This document shows, piece after piece, positions 33,973-43,022 of a DNA stretch of 64,000 bases (its first letter is position 1; each line of letters opens with the position of its first letter). Origin of the DNA: an uncultured Aliarcobacter sp. GTDB taxonomy: Bacteria > Campylobacterota > Campylobacteria > Campylobacterales > Arcobacteraceae. Where the stretch lies: positions 672,001 to 736,000 of the forward strand of contig OY781945.1 of NCBI GenBank assembly GCA_963677435.1, given 5' to 3'. The notes beneath the pieces are model-generated. The model had not been told where the DNA came from. It was given only the letters and a program-made list of their open reading frames with translations, and did not search any database. A program made the position numbers and the translations under genes.

Positions 33973-34317
33973 TTAAAAAATAGGTGGATGAACGCCAGTT
34001 CTTCTAAATGCGAAGAAAGTATCATAGTAAGGACATCGTGGAATAAATTTAAATAAGCTTACTGCTAAGGCAGTTTTTCTTTTAAATACACAGTCACAAT
34101 GACAAGGTTTATTGTTTTGTAAAAAACAAAGAACAAGTGATTCTTGTAAATTAGGTGGAGAGTCTTCTTCTTTCTCATCTTTAGATGATAATAAAAGTTT
34201 TGTATTTAAATGATTTTTAAATGAAGTAATTACACTATGTAATTTTGGAGCAACAGCATACGCTTGTATTGAACAAAGTGTAAAATATTTTTTTCCAAAA
34301 CCCTTCAGTAATTTCAA
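33973..34317 (-). CDS. Cys-rich 114-aa ORF upstream of metE; putative leader/regulatory peptide
   Basis: TTG start with AAAGG SD 6 nt upstream. 114 open codons in an AT-rich intergenic gap. CHCDC cluster and C-terminal RRTGVHPPIF. Confidence 0.55.
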   Translation of the reverse strand: MKLLKGFGKKYFTLCSIQAYAVAPKLHSVITSFKNHLNTKLLLSSKDEKEEDSPPNLQESLVLCFLQNNKPCHCDCVFKRKTALAVSLFKFIPRCPYYDTFFAFRRTGVHPPIF

Positions 34318-34386
34318 GTAAAACCTTTATAGTAAATATGTGCGAAGTGTAAATAATTAATGCTTAATTGTAAATAAAAGTAAATA

Positions 34387-34395
34387 TGGTATGAT
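34387..34395 (+). promoter_or_regulatory. Extended -10 promoter (TG-n-TATGAT) for trmD-rplS
   Basis: tggtatgat about 50 nt upstream of the likely trmD start; matches the RpoD extended -10. Confidence 0.5.
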
Positions 34396-34446
34396 TCCAA
34401 TCAAAAAGGAGTACATACTTTATATTTAAAGTATGTGATTTTAAGT

Positions 34447-35124
34447 TTGAAATTTACTTTTGTAACACTTTTCCCAAATTTGATAGAACCATATTTTCAC
34501 GATTCTATATTAAAAAGAGCGGTTGAATCAAATTTTATATCTTATGAGTTCTATAATCCTAGAGATTTTACAACTAATAAACATAAAAAAGTTGATGACC
34601 AAATGGTTGGCGGAGGAGCAGGAATGCTTCTTACTTGTCAACCTTTATTTGACTGTTTAGATGAAATAAAGAGTAAAAATAATGATGCTTATATTGTTTT
34701 TCCACTAGCAGCTGCTAAACCATTTAGACAAAATGATGCGAAGCGACTAGCAAAGAAAAAAAATATAGTATTTGTTAGTGGACGATATGAAGGAATTGAT
34801 GAAAGAGTTATAGAAAAATATGCAAATGAGGTATTTTCTATAGGAGAATTTATTTTAACAGGGGGTGAATTACCTTCACTTGTTATGGCAGATGCTATTT
34901 CAAGGAATGTTGAAAAAGTACTTGGGAATGCCGATTCTTTGGATATTGAGAGCTATGAAAATAACCTTTTAGAAGCGCCATCTTTTACTAAACCTGAAAT
35001 TTTTCAAAATTTAAGTGTTGTTAAAGAATTCTTAAAGGGAAATCATAGTAAAATTTCCGACTTAAAATTCCAGATGTCAAATTGTAAGACAAAATATTAT
35101 AGACCTAATAAGGAAAAACGATGA
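34447..35124 (+). CDS. trmD: tRNA (guanine37-N1)-methyltransferase (likely TTG start at 34447, [13 protein letters not shown] at 34435 possible)
   Basis: [30 protein letters not shown]. Confidence 0.96.
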   Translation: MKFTFVTLFPNLIEPYFHDSILKRAVESNFISYEFYNPRDFTTNKHKKVDDQMVGGGAGMLLTCQPLFDCLDEIKSKNNDAYIVFPLAAAKPFRQNDAKRLAKKKNIVFVSGRYEGIDERVIEKYANEVFSIGEFILTGGELPSLVMADAISRNVEKVLGNADSLDIESYENNLLEAPSFTKPEIFQNLSVVKEFLKGNHSKISDLKFQMSNCKTKYYRPNKEKR

Positions 35125-35477
35125 AAAATAGATATATTGCTAGTTTCGAAGCAGCACAAATTGAGTCAAAAGTTATCCCTCAATTTAGAGCAGGAGATAC
35201 TGTAAGACTTGGTATTGAGATTAAAGAAGGTGAGAAAAAAAGAGTTCAGCTTTTTGAAGGTATTGTTATTGCTAGAAGTGGAAATGGTGTAGATTCAACT
35301 TTTACAGTTAGAAAAATCGGTGCAAATTCAATCGGTGTTGAAAGAATTTTCCCATTATATTCTGAATCAATTAAAACTTTTGAAGTAATCAGAAGAGGAA
35401 GAGTAAGAAGAGCTAAACTTCACTTCTTAAGAGGATTAAAAGGTAAAGCTGCAAGAATTAAAGAATTAAAAAGATAG
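35121..35477 (+). CDS. rplS: 50S ribosomal protein L19
   Basis: [27 protein letters not shown]. Confidence 0.98.
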   Translation: MKNRYIASFEAAQIESKVIPQFRAGDTVRLGIEIKEGEKKRVQLFEGIVIARSGNGVDSTFTVRKIGANSIGVERIFPLYSESIKTFEVIRRGRVRRAKLHFLRGLKGKAARIKELKR

Positions 35478-35478
35478 T

Positions 35479-35506
35479 AAACAATAAGGCTTAAGCCTTT
35501 TTGTTT
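35479..35506 (+). terminator. Terminator after rplS
   Basis: aaacaa-t-aaggc ttaa gcctt-t-ttgttt. Confidence 0.65.
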
Positions 35507-35512
35507 GATTTT

Positions 35513-36031
35513 ATGTCTAAAATCTTAATTCACACAACCTCAATAATCGAAGCAAATCCGATTATTGAATTTTTTAATTTGAAAGAATTAGAAAACTCTG
35601 TTGAAAATAAAATATATTCCAATGATGATATCTTACTTATAATATCTGGAGTAAGTAAAGATTTAATAGTTAAGTCTTTGGATTATATTTTTAAAAACTA
35701 TTCAATTTCTAAAGCATTTGATTTAAGTATTGCTTCTTGTAGTGATGGTTCAATTGCCCTTGGAACACTTTTTTGTACCAATAGATTTATTGGTGGTTTA
35801 AATTTTGCTAATATTACTACTATCGAACAACCCCTTGAAACTGATGAAAATTTAGAGACTTTACTTGTTGATAAACAAGCTTTGTTTTTTTCTCAAAAAT
35901 GTAAAGAGAACATAAAAGATTTTTATATTCTAAAAATTGTTTCTGATTATTTTGATGAAGTTGAACCAACATCTGATAAAATATTTGAACTTATTAATAA
36001 TTCTATTTCAAAGTGGAAAAAACTAATTTAA
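35513..36031 (+). CDS. Hypothetical protein, weakly nucleoside-phosphorylase-like
   Basis: EA-x-PII, LLIISGV and LKIVSD segments recall the PNP/MTAN fold; ATG at 35513 preferred as start. Confidence 0.55.
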   Translation: MSKILIHTTSIIEANPIIEFFNLKELENSVENKIYSNDDILLIISGVSKDLIVKSLDYIFKNYSISKAFDLSIASCSDGSIALGTLFCTNRFIGGLNFANITTIEQPLETDENLETLLVDKQALFFSQKCKENIKDFYILKIVSDYFDEVEPTSDKIFELINNSISKWKKLI

Positions 36032-36040
36032 AGGTATAAA

Positions 36041-36646
36041 TTGCTTGCAAGTATAATTGACTTTATAGTTAACACTGTTGGAACTTTAGGTTATGTAGGT
36101 ATTTTTATAATGATGTTTTTAGAAAGTTCATTTTTCCCATTTCCTTCAGAAGTTGTTATGATACCTGCTGGATATTTAGTATTCAAAGGTGAAATGAATA
36201 TGTACTTAGTTCTTTTGTTTGGAATATTAGGTTCTTTATCTGGGGCATTATTTAACTACTATTTAGCTGTAAAATATGGACGAAAATTTTTAATAAAATA
36301 TGGAAGATATTTTTTTGTAAAAGAGCAAACTATTATTAAAATGGAAGAATTTTTTAAAGTTCATGGACATATTTCAACTTTTTCAGGAAGATTAATACCA
36401 GGAGTTAGACAATATATTTCATTCCCAGCAGGACTTGCGAAAATGAATCTATTTGTATTTTGTCTATTTACAACTTTAGGTGCTGCTATTTGGGTTGTGA
36501 TTCTTACACTTTTAGGATATTTTTTAGGTGATAACCAATTATTAATTAAAGAGTATTTACACTATATAGTTATAGTTATTTTGATATTATTAGTAATTCT
36601 ATGTTTTTGGTATTATAAAAAACAAACAAAAGTTAAAGGATTATAG
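36041..36646 (+). CDS. DedA family membrane protein
   Basis: [28 protein letters not shown]. Confidence 0.93.
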   Translation: MLASIIDFIVNTVGTLGYVGIFIMMFLESSFFPFPSEVVMIPAGYLVFKGEMNMYLVLLFGILGSLSGALFNYYLAVKYGRKFLIKYGRYFFVKEQTIIKMEEFFKVHGHISTFSGRLIPGVRQYISFPAGLAKMNLFVFCLFTTLGAAIWVVILTLLGYFLGDNQLLIKEYLHYIVIVILILLVILCFWYYKKQTKVKGL

Positions 36647-37198
36647 ATGTATAAAAAAATACTAAAAATTGTTTTAATTCTTTTAGTATTTATTTATATA
36701 ATTTTCGAAGAGTTAATTTGGGAAAAGTTTGCAAAACCTATAATTACTTTTATCACAAACCAACAAATATTTAAAAATCTTATTCCTAAAATCTTAAATC
36801 TAAACTCATATTTTATTTTAATATTTTTTGTTTCTATATTTGTTATTGTTGAAATAATAGGAGCATATGCTGGATTATTATTTATATCTGGACATATAGT
36901 TACAGCAACTCTTATATATATACTTAAAATACCAGTTGCTGCATTTATCTTTTGGTTTTTTAATATAGTAAAACCTAAATTATTAGAATTTAAATGGTTT
37001 AAATTTGTATACGATAATTTGATTTTAGCTATTTATAAAATTAAAAACTCTTCAATTTATATAATGATAAAACAAAAAGTTGCAGATTATAAAAGAATTC
37101 TAAAAGAGAATGGCTTCTTAAGTAAAGGTAGATTAAAACATAAAATCATTGGACTTTATAAAATAATAAAACACAAAATAACAAAAATTAAATATTAA
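36647..37198 (+). CDS. Hypothetical membrane protein
   Basis: 183 aa with several TM segments and an EELIW motif; abuts dedA. Confidence 0.7.
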   Translation: MYKKILKIVLILLVFIYIIFEELIWEKFAKPIITFITNQQIFKNLIPKILNLNSYFILIFFVSIFVIVEIIGAYAGLLFISGHIVTATLIYILKIPVAAFIFWFFNIVKPKLLEFKWFKFVYDNLILAIYKIKNSSIYIMIKQKVADYKRILKENGFLSKGRLKHKIIGLYKIIKHKITKIKY

Positions 37199-37243
37199 TT
37201 AAACTTTATATAATACAATAAGCTAAAATTTTAAGGCTTATTC

Positions 37244-38128
37244 ATAAATACTCAAAAACAAGCATATAAATATGCGTTAATTTCAATCTTTTTTTGGTCA
37301 ACAGTAGCTACTGCATTTAAAATATCTTTACAATTTTTAACTCCTATAGAGTTAGTTTTATATGCATCATTTTTTTCAACATTGATTTTATTTTTTGTAA
37401 TTGTTTATGAGAAAAAAATTAATGATGTAAAAATTCATATTTTAACAAATTATAAAAAAGTCTTTATCTTAGGTTTGATAAACCCTTTTTTATATTATTT
37501 GGTTCTTTTTAAAGCTTATGATTTATTACCAGCTCAAGAAGCGCAATCAATAAATTATACTTGGGCATTAATGTTGGCATTTTTATCAGTAATATTTCTA
37601 AAACAAAAACTAACACTAAAAGATATACTAGCAGGAATCATATGTTATTTTGGTGTACTTATTATTTCAACTAAAGGTGAGCCTTTCTCTTTGAACTTCT
37701 CAAATTTTGATGGAGTATTTTTCGCTTTATTATCAACCGTTTTATGGTCTATGTATTGGATTATAAATACCAAACATAAAGGTGATCCAATTGTTGGATT
37801 ATTCTCTAACTTTTTAATCTCACTTCCTTTAATTATCATTTATTTTGTAATAACTCAACCTCTAATTATTCCTGATATAAAAGGAGTATTATCAGCTGCT
37901 TATGTTGGTTTTTTTGAAATGGGGATTACTTTTCTTTTTTGGCTAAAAGCAATGCAAAAAGCAACTTCAACTGCTAAAATTGCAAATTTGATTTTTATAT
38001 CTCCATTTCTTTCTTTAATATTTATTCATTTTATTGTTGGTGAAGAGATATTTTTATCTACAATTTTTGGATTATCTATTATTATATTTGGCTTAATTTT
38101 ACAACAATCAAGCAAAGATAAAAACTAG
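37244..38128 (+). CDS. EamA/DMT family transporter (294 aa if started at ATA 37244)
   Basis: Frame is open 46 codons upstream of the listed TTG and encodes TM1 (FFWSTVATAFK). LFKAYDLLPAQEAQSINYTW and ANLIFISPFLS are DMT motifs. Confidence 0.85.
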   Translation: MNTQKQAYKYALISIFFWSTVATAFKISLQFLTPIELVLYASFFSTLILFFVIVYEKKINDVKIHILTNYKKVFILGLINPFLYYLVLFKAYDLLPAQEAQSINYTWALMLAFLSVIFLKQKLTLKDILAGIICYFGVLIISTKGEPFSLNFSNFDGVFFALLSTVLWSMYWIINTKHKGDPIVGLFSNFLISLPLIIIYFVITQPLIIPDIKGVLSAAYVGFFEMGITFLFWLKAMQKATSTAKIANLIFISPFLSLIFIHFIVGEEIFLSTIFGLSIIIFGLILQQSSKDKN

Positions 38129-38162
38129 CATAAAATATACAATATTCTATAAAATCTACAGA

Positions 38163-38308
38163 AAAATAGCATCAAAATAGCATTTCTTCACATATTTCAA
38201 AATTGACTAAATATTATACAAATATAGTAAAAATATTAAGTTTCAGTTAAGTTTCACTATGAAATAATGCTTAAAGAAAAAAAGGTAGTACTAAAAGTAT
38301 TACTAAAA
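38163..38308. promoter_or_regulatory. Tandem direct repeats upstream of the RHH gene (candidate operators)
   Basis: aaaatagcat twice (38163, 38174; 11-bp period); gta(g/t)tactaaaa twice (38285, 38297). Confidence 0.35.
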
Positions 38309-38331
38309 AATCTTTAATGATTTGGAACAAA

Positions 38332-38571
38332 ATGGCAAAGCTAAAAAATAAAAGATCGATTATTCAAAAAGTTATCAATAAGCATAATTTGATAAATAAA
38401 AAGACTATATCTCAATTAACTATTAAGATTGATAGTAGATTAGACGAAGCCTTAAAAATATTAAGTACAGAGCTAAATATTTCAAAAAATAGATTGATTG
38501 AAGATATTTTATTTGAAAGTGGTATCTTGCAAGAAGTTGATGAAAATTATGTGGAGTTAGATAATGAATAA
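38332..38571 (+). CDS. Small ribbon-helix-helix-like DNA-binding protein (start 38332 or 38317)
   Basis: Strand-helix-helix pattern QLTIKID-SRLDEALKILSTEL-NISKNRLIEDIL typical of RHH/CopG proteins. Confidence 0.7.
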   Translation: MAKLKNKRSIIQKVINKHNLINKKTISQLTIKIDSRLDEALKILSTELNISKNRLIEDILFESGILQEVDENYVELDNE

Positions 38572-39223
38572 ATTTCCTATAAAAGAGAGTGTAGAAAATT
38601 CAGTAATAACAGGAATGTTAAATGCAAAAAAAAATTACACTTTTTGGACATGTGATGAATTGTATTTATCTTATGCTCCAGCAAAATTTTTAGCAATACA
38701 TGTTGCTCAAGAAATTGCAAAATTAGAAGATAGTCCAGAGATATTTTTAGATGCAACAGTATCTGATATTTTAAGATGTTCATTACCTAATAGAAGTGAG
38801 TTTAGAGATTTCATGAAAAAAAAATATATCATTGACAGAACTCTTTGCCTTACTTTAGATAAAAGATTTACTCACAAAAGTGACAATGATTCAATATCAA
38901 AAGTAATAATGTTTTTAAAAAATGGTGTTAGAAATGTTCAACAAGAGTATTTAGATGATATTGAATTAATGTGTAAAATGTTAGAAAGAGATAGTAAAGA
39001 TGAAACAACTTTAGATTATGGAATTTTTGGATTCTATTTAGATATTTCATCAAGTGCTAGAAAAAATGCAAAAGATAGATTAGATAATATTATTGAAGCC
39101 TTTGATAAAATAGTAGCTTCACATAAAAATTTAAAATCTAGTTTTAAGGGAGGAAGTATCAACAAAATTGACAAAATCGGTGAATGGTGCATAGGTTGCT
39201 ATGTAATTGAACATACAGTATAA
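38564..39223 (+). CDS. Hypothetical protein, possibly a degenerate PD-(D/E)XK nuclease-like fold
   Basis: 219 aa, 8-bp overlap with the RHH gene, GGAG SD. The fold guess is from pattern memory only. Confidence 0.7.
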   Translation: MNKFPIKESVENSVITGMLNAKKNYTFWTCDELYLSYAPAKFLAIHVAQEIAKLEDSPEIFLDATVSDILRCSLPNRSEFRDFMKKKYIIDRTLCLTLDKRFTHKSDNDSISKVIMFLKNGVRNVQQEYLDDIELMCKMLERDSKDETTLDYGIFGFYLDISSSARKNAKDRLDNIIEAFDKIVASHKNLKSSFKGGSINKIDKIGEWCIGCYVIEHTV

Positions 39224-39244
39224 ATAAAATTTAAGGAGAGATAA

Positions 39245-40366
39245 ATGAATTTAAGAAATATAACTAAAACGATAGCGTTGAGTACAATAGTAGCAGGCTC
39301 ATTATTTGCAAGTGATGTAGTTAAAATAGGTGTACAAGCACCAATTACTGGAGAATATGCAAATGAGGGACAAAGTATAGAAAACTTTGTAAAATTGATT
39401 GTTGATGAAAAAAATGCAGAAGGTGGCCTTTTAGGTAAAAAAATTGAAGTTGTAACTTGTGATGATGAAGCAAAAGCTCAAAAAGCAGCTGTTTGTGCTA
39501 AGAAATTAGTAAATGAAGGTGTAATTGCAGTTATTGGTTCATATACTTCAGGAGCAACAGAAGCTGCTCAAACTACATACTATAGAAGTAAAGTTTTACA
39601 AACATCAGATGGAACAAGTGATTCTTTAATTACAAATAAATACTGGACATTCTTTAGAAATTCTTTCCCTAACTCATCTCAAAGTGATTATACAGCTGAG
39701 TATATGGTAAAAACAAAACAATACAAAAACATAGTTGTTTTATCTGATTACTCTTCATATTCTGAAGGTTTAGGAGATGCAACTGAAGCATCAATTAAAG
39801 CTATTGGTGGGAATGTAATTTTTAGAGGAAAAATTAAATCAGGAACTCAAAATTTTACAGCAATGTTAACAAAAATTAAATCTATGAATCCAGATGTAAT
39901 TTATTACTCAGGTTATTATACTGACGGTGGTCAACTAAGAGCACAACAAAAACAATTACAAATTGATGCTGATTTTGTTGGTGGAGATTCAAATGATAAT
40001 CCAGATTTTTACAAATTAGCAGGTGATTCAGCAGAAGGAACAGTTTTAATTAACTTCCCAACTCCTGAGATTTTGCCATACCCAGAAGCTAAAAAATATT
40101 TATCAGCATATAAAGCTAAATATCAAATGGATCCTCCATCAATTTGGCCAGTTACAAATGCAGATGGTTTAAGAGCTATTATTGAAGGTGTAGAAAAAAC
40201 TAAATCATTTGATACTGAAAAAATTGCAAAATATATCAGAACAATGAAAGATTTCCCAGGTATTACAGGGCCATTTAACATAAGAGAAGATGGTGAAAGA
40301 GTTGGTGCTAAATTTGTCGTTTATAAAATGAAAAATGATGGTACAAAAGAAGTAATAAGTCAATAA
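39245..40366 (+). CDS. LIV-type ABC transporter periplasmic binding protein (LivJ/K family)
   Basis: Signal peptide; KIGVQAPITG, GGLLGKKIE, DD, FPGITGPF. Confidence 0.92.
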   Translation: MNLRNITKTIALSTIVAGSLFASDVVKIGVQAPITGEYANEGQSIENFVKLIVDEKNAEGGLLGKKIEVVTCDDEAKAQKAAVCAKKLVNEGVIAVIGSYTSGATEAAQTTYYRSKVLQTSDGTSDSLITNKYWTFFRNSFPNSSQSDYTAEYMVKTKQYKNIVVLSDYSSYSEGLGDATEASIKAIGGNVIFRGKIKSGTQNFTAMLTKIKSMNPDVIYYSGYYTDGGQLRAQQKQLQIDADFVGGDSNDNPDFYKLAGDSAEGTVLINFPTPEILPYPEAKKYLSAYKAKYQMDPPSIWPVTNADGLRAIIEGVEKTKSFDTEKIAKYIRTMKDFPGITGPFNIREDGERVGAKFVVYKMKNDGTKEVISQ

Positions 40367-40378
40367 GGTTTGTAAATA

Positions 40379-41281
40379 ATGGATATTTTTTTTCAACAGT
40401 TAATTAATGGTTTAACTATAGGAAGTTTATATGCATTAGTAGCTTTAGGTTATACAATGGTTTACGGTGTGATGAAGTTAATTAACTTCGCACACGGTGA
40501 CTTAGTAGCCTTTTCTGCTTATGTTGGCTTGACTATTTTTACTCAATTTTTTGGTTCAAATGCATTGTCTTTAATAAATATTATCATTGTATTTTTATTA
40601 ACAGCAATAGTGGTGGCTTTTGTGGGTGTTCTTCTTGAGCGTCTTGCATATAGACCTTTAAGAACGGCACCAAGATTAAGTGCTGTAGTTTCTGCTCTTG
40701 GTGCATCTTTGGTAATTCAAAATGGAATTATGCTTATTTGGGGACCAAATATGGAGATTTTTCCAGCTGATATATTTCCAACTACATCTTGGGATTTAGG
40801 TGGAGTAATTGTTTCATTTACACAAGTTATTATTTTAGTTTTATCATCAGTATTAATGGTATCACTGTATATTTTTATTAATAAAACAAAAATTGGAACA
40901 GCAATTAGAGCAACAGCTATTGATCAAGATGCTGCAAAATTAATGGGTATTAATGTTAATAGAATTATTATGACTATTTTTATCATTGGTTCAATGCTAG
41001 GAGCTGTGGGAGGTTTATTTATTGGTATTTATTATAGAGGTTTAACATTTGATATGGGATGGCTTTATGGTTTAAATGCTTTCATCGCAGCAATTATCGG
41101 TGGAATTGGTTCAATCCCAGGAGCAATGTTAGGTGGATTATTACTTGGATTATTTAATGCAATGATTTCAGGTTATATTTCAACTACTTGGGCTGAAACT
41201 TTTACCTTTATTTTATTAATTGTTATTCTAATTGTAAGACCAACAGGTCTTCTTGGTGAAAAAACGGCGGAGAAAGTATAA
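40379..41281 (+). CDS. livH: LIV-type ABC permease
   Basis: QQLINGLTIGSLYALVALGYTMVYG, NFAHG. Confidence 0.93.
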   Translation: MDIFFQQLINGLTIGSLYALVALGYTMVYGVMKLINFAHGDLVAFSAYVGLTIFTQFFGSNALSLINIIIVFLLTAIVVAFVGVLLERLAYRPLRTAPRLSAVVSALGASLVIQNGIMLIWGPNMEIFPADIFPTTSWDLGGVIVSFTQVIILVLSSVLMVSLYIFINKTKIGTAIRATAIDQDAAKLMGINVNRIIMTIFIIGSMLGAVGGLFIGIYYRGLTFDMGWLYGLNAFIAAIIGGIGSIPGAMLGGLLLGLFNAMISGYISTTWAETFTFILLIVILIVRPTGLLGEKTAEKV

Positions 41282-42246
41282 TGAATAAAACTACAATTAT
41301 TGCTACACTATTTATAGTTGTTATGGCAGTTTTCCCATTTTTAGTTGATTCTGCATGGTTAAGTATTGGTATTACATTTTTAGTATTTGCAGTTGTTGCT
41401 TTTTCTCAAGATATTATTTTAGGACGAGCTGGTATTTTTAATATGGGACATGCAATATTCTTTGGAATGGGTGCATATACAACGGCAATATTAAATACGC
41501 AATTTGGATTTGAAATTATTGAAACAGTTCCTTTTGCTATTTTAATTCCTGTTGTTTTCTCAATTTTACTTGCAGGTCCAATTATTCACTTAAGAGGTGA
41601 TTATTTATTAGTTGCAACTATTGGATTTAATATTATTTTTGAACAAGTATTATCTAATGATATATTTGGACTAACTGGTGGTCCAAATGGTATTTTTGGA
41701 ATAGATGTTGTTAGAGTTTTTGGTTATGAATTATATAGTGATACTTCAATTTATTATATAGCTTTTGGATTATTAATTATTACTTTATTTATTATTAGAA
41801 ATTTAGATACTTCAAAATATGGAAGAGCTTTATATTATATAAATAAAAATGAGATTGCTGCAAAATCTATGGGAATTAATATCTCATATTACAAACTTTT
41901 TGCCTTTGCTTTAGGAGCTGCAATTGCTGGTGCTGCTGGATGTGTTTTTGCTATTCAGTATTCAGCTGTAAGTCCTGAGTCATTTAACTTTATGCAATCA
42001 GTTATGTTCTTTGCAATTGTTTTAGTTGGTGGATCTGCTTCACTTCCTGGAATTATTATAGGAACATTTGTAATGTTTGTATTACCTGAATTATTTACAG
42101 AGTTTAAAGAATCAAGATATTTAATTTTTGGTGCAGCGATGGTATTAACAATGATTTTGAGACCAAATGGTGTTTGGCCAGCTACTTTTGGAAATATTCC
42201 AAGATTCTTAAAAAAGAAAGCAAAAAAAGTGGAGGAATCAAAATAA
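41281..42246 (+). CDS. livM: LIV-type ABC permease
   Basis: GHAIFFGMGAY, LRGDYL, TGGPNG, RPNG. Confidence 0.92.
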   Translation: MNKTTIIATLFIVVMAVFPFLVDSAWLSIGITFLVFAVVAFSQDIILGRAGIFNMGHAIFFGMGAYTTAILNTQFGFEIIETVPFAILIPVVFSILLAGPIIHLRGDYLLVATIGFNIIFEQVLSNDIFGLTGGPNGIFGIDVVRVFGYELYSDTSIYYIAFGLLIITLFIIRNLDTSKYGRALYYINKNEIAAKSMGINISYYKLFAFALGAAIAGAAGCVFAIQYSAVSPESFNFMQSVMFFAIVLVGGSASLPGIIIGTFVMFVLPELFTEFKESRYLIFGAAMVLTMILRPNGVWPATFGNIPRFLKKKAKKVEESK

Positions 42247-43022
42247 TGAAATATGTATTAGAGATTGAAAATGTTTCAAAATTTTTCCATGGTTTAGTTG
42301 CAATTGATGATTTAACAATCAAAGTAAAACCTGGTCAAATATATGGAATTATTGGCCCAAATGGAGCGGGTAAAACTACACTTTTTAACTGTGTAACTGG
42401 TATTTATACTCCTGAGCAAGGAACTATAAAATACAAAGGTGAAAATATTACAGGAATGGAACCTCATAAAATTGCCCAAAGGGGAGTTTTAAGAACATTT
42501 CAAAATATTAGACTTTTTAAAGAAATGAGTGTTGCTGAAAATATAATTGCTGGATGTCATACAAAATCAAATCAAAAATGGTATCACTCAATTATTCACA
42601 CACCTTTTTATAAAAAAGATGAATTAAAACAGTGGAAAAAAGTTGAAGAATTAATGGAATTTTTTGGAATAAGCAAATTTGCAGCAACTCCTGCTGGAGA
42701 TTTATCTTATGGTAATCAAAGAAAAGTTGAAATGGCAAGAGCCCTAGCAGCTGATCCTGAAATTTTAATCTTAGATGAACCAGCAGCTGGACTTAATGAA
42801 AATGAGACAATAGAACTTACAAATATCATTTTAAAAATAAAAGAAAGAGGTCTTGGTATTATGATGATTGAACATGATATGGAAATGGTTATGAAATTAA
42901 CTGACTATATTACTGTTATTAACTTTGGAAAAGAGATTTCACAAGGTGTTCCAGAATTTGTTCAAGATGACCCAAGAGTAATTGAAGCATATATTGGAAC
43001 AGATGATGAGGAGGATGAATAA
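42246..43022 (+). CDS. livG: LIV-type ABC ATPase (start reassigned to ATG at 42246)
   Basis: GPNGAGKTT, RTFQN, LSYG, LDEPAAG, IEHDM; TAATG coupling to livM with a GGAGG upstream. Confidence 0.93.
   Translation: MKYVLEIENVSKFFHGLVAIDDLTIKVKPGQIYGIIGPNGAGKTTLFNCVTGIYTPEQGTIKYKGENITGMEPHKIAQRGVLRTFQNIRLFKEMSVAENIIAGCHTKSNQKWYHSIIHTPFYKKDELKQWKKVEELMEFFGISKFAATPAGDLSYGNQRKVEMARALAADPEILILDEPAAGLNENETIELTNIILKIKERGLGIMMIEHDMEMVMKLTDYITVINFGKEISQGVPEFVQDDPRVIEAYIGTDDEEDE

Noticed and set aside
33850..34430. Cobalamin or SAM riboswitch upstream of metE
   Set aside because: By eye the minus strand lacks the B12 core (GGGAA...GCCACTG...AGACCTGCC) and the SAM-I core (ATC-AGAG...GAGGGA...GCAACC...GTGC). 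A covariance search is still advisable.
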